Virus record (IMG/VR): IMGVR_UViG_3300027718_000001
Location: 1-61,078 of that record
Length of the DNA: 61,078 bases
Source: a virus
Reading direction: 5' to 3' (one strand)
Part shown: positions 60,601 through 61,078 of the stretch, piece by piece
Layout: every line of letters begins with the position of its first letter
How positions within the stretch are numbered: position 1 is the first letter of the stretch
The notes under the pieces: generated by a model
Told to the model about the DNA's origin: nothing
Seen by the model: the letters and a program-made list of their open reading frames with translations, nothing else
Databases searched by the model: none
Translations under genes and position numbers: made by a program

Positions 60601-61078
60601 GTATTTATGCGAATGGTTCATATGTAAGAGCTGATAGAACGAAAGTATATGATGCAAAAACGGCTGCTATCATTTCAGCTTATGGCTCACAAGTAGAAAT
60701 TCATGATTGTGATGGTAGCGGAAATCCTAGGGGATTATGGGCGCTTGGTCCTTCTATGATTGGTGGAGATGGAACAGCACCAGCAGGTTCAAGTTCAACA
60801 TATAATGCCTATGCTTCTGGTGGAGGTATTATAGAAGCTAATTTCACGTTCCCATCAACACCAGTTGTTACACCGCCACCAGAACCAGATAAAACGTATA
60901 CATGGAATGCTACCTCTTCTAAATCGTGGAGAGACACTAGCGGTTGGCGTTCTGATAACAATTATGTTTATCAGGGTGAATGGTCAGGTGGAGGAAATCA
61001 TAGGGGTTTATGGTTTTTTAATTCGGCTGATATTCGTGCTAAATTGGCAGGAAAAACAATTAAAAGGGTTCGTTTATA
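57636..61078 (+). CDS. Tal/tail fibre: N-terminal prophage-tail endopeptidase-like region plus a beta-helix (pectate-lyase-like) receptor-binding region; continues at 128-413
   Basis: TAATG start. I hand-translated the frame with no stop to the window end. FYVDPIGGDDSNIGDSWSSPLLTIQEAINRI is typical of beta-helix tailspikes. Confidence 0.75.
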   Translation, partial: MYIVNNDDEIIGELENDGSEAAAYWNDEINEKLNDAYLTINFTMDANHQTASLIETGVRIVAPDEDNNLIMFRIEEVKDVTAQDGSHNKEVYGEHIALELLGKIIRPQTYSGFTAEQFFSSILENTPWKLGIVEWSGTGDVVFDDYVNAIEAIVKGREVFGGELRYRISFNGTRLATRYLDLLVQRGENRGSQVIYGHNMSNLTRTESGREVYTALIGVARSTNSEGGYLTFEDIEEEDKPLGQDWIGDDEALQRSGIRLPNGDLAHFFGVYSYDGDEELTPKLLLQKTREALKTASTPAYTYETTAEKLEEETGISADEFRLGDTITIQNLDLEPPLLLEARIIETKGSVDDLRGRDFVIGDYKDIYSQHQYSIIKKLRNTYLRESAKWASGARVIRSNVAPDDPTAVWIDTSGDIDVVKTLNLDTGIWEKASATLAEEILYENGFSLEDLRPAQAGADITALNTASDAYKLAGTTASVVRDNASNGAQANTKIQNDVGSGTIESTSGSQSKANTAQTKAEWYTSVRTGLNLITNITDLSVPSPYVWVVGDTPDGVPGTILKKEFVVGDTINNTNLMFPSIKVDPKKSYLFEVWVKAMDTNSSYWLGRKEYLADQVTENQSGNGPNMVGGRTPTSSDVGVWKKHYCIIAPHNAGIEDSHTIPDSSLTPDTDHKFYNANTAYIKPKISLTYAPKDTTKGSVMFATKFSVTEIASDDSVYSAIQSSSNTAEENAKNHADSVAATVEANAKEYASDAGNITLGTLLAERLYGVTISGKKAIITDLDAGNIVSGFLSFNMAKGGVLRLGSVQDGNGVLQVLSDDETVVGEINGLSGASFSTVTAGDIISESVVRRNITDMNFYVDPIGGDDSNIGDSWSSPLLTIQEAINRIPKWNEGNIVIQTHYDNSRNMYEDVLIEGIYGTGSITINFQTSQNTLNGTITVMRCQHQVEIDKATLINVDGTSGVLYAFGSRSVTIKDSFIYGRGINPYGIYANGSYVRADRTKVYDAKTAAIISAYGSQVEIHDCDGSGNPRGLWALGPSMIGGDGTAPAGSSSTYNAYASGGGIIEANFTFPSTPVVTPPPEPDKTYTWNATSSKSWRDTSGWRSDNNYVYQGEWSGGGNHRGLWFFNSADIRAKLAGKTIKRVRL
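60952..61078. repeat. Second copy of the 127-nt terminal overlap
   Basis: Identical to 1-127. Confidence 0.95.

Larger units (their letters stand above)
1..61078. mobile_element. Circular phage-plasmid: siphovirus genome plus RepA_N/ParA plasmid backbone plus T4SS (conjugation) genes, no integrase
   Basis: Gene content listed below. There is a 127-nt terminal overlap and the tail-fibre ORF crosses the window junction. No recombinase-like ORF is present in the six-frame track. Confidence 0.7.

Noticed and set aside
1-61078. tRNA, rRNA, CRISPR array, integrase/attP, transposase
   Set aside because: I found no cloverleaf-like conserved arms, no regularly spaced direct repeats with unique spacers, and no recombinase-like or transposase-like ORF. 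A tRNAscan, Infernal or HMM run would be needed to exclude them formally.

Overview
This 61,078-nt window is a circle written linearly. Bases 1-127 repeat 60952-61078, so the unique length is 60,951 bp, and the tail-fibre ORF runs across the junction. The sequence is low-GC and Bacillus-like (Cheo/LexA box; RecU, AbrB, YolD-like and PghP-like genes). It holds a complete siphovirus: a lysis cassette at 951-2909, a CI/Cro switch at 33.0-33.9 kb, YqaJ/RecT/RecU recombination genes, an ArpU-like late regulator, and TerS/TerL, portal-MuF, capsid, tail, tape measure, Dit and Tal from 38.5 kb to the junction. This is joined to a plasmid backbone (RepA_N initiator, ParA plus a small RHH partner). It is also joined to a Gram-positive type IV secretion (conjugation) gene set: short MobP-like relaxase, VirD4-type coupling protein, VirB4 split over two ORFs, VirB6-like and PrgI/VirB3-like proteins, and a CwlT-like hydrolase. 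I see no integrase or recombinase ORF, tRNA, rRNA or CRISPR array. The main non-genic signals are: (1) a td-like ORF-less group I intron splitting the T4SS hydrolase gene; (2) eight tracts (54-144 nt) of 6-nt-periodic RTNNAN hexamers, seven of them abutting ribosome-binding sites; (3) a 12-copy TTTAGTCTnATAyAC motif confined to the plasmid half; (4) a TTYACA-N3-TGTRAA operator dispersed over early promoters; (5) two GC-rich ORF-free stem-loop blocks; (6) three hairpins with TTGGAC loops upstream of rep; (7) a CCC-UAG shifty stop that would extend the major tail protein. All functional calls come from reading motifs by eye. No database search was run.
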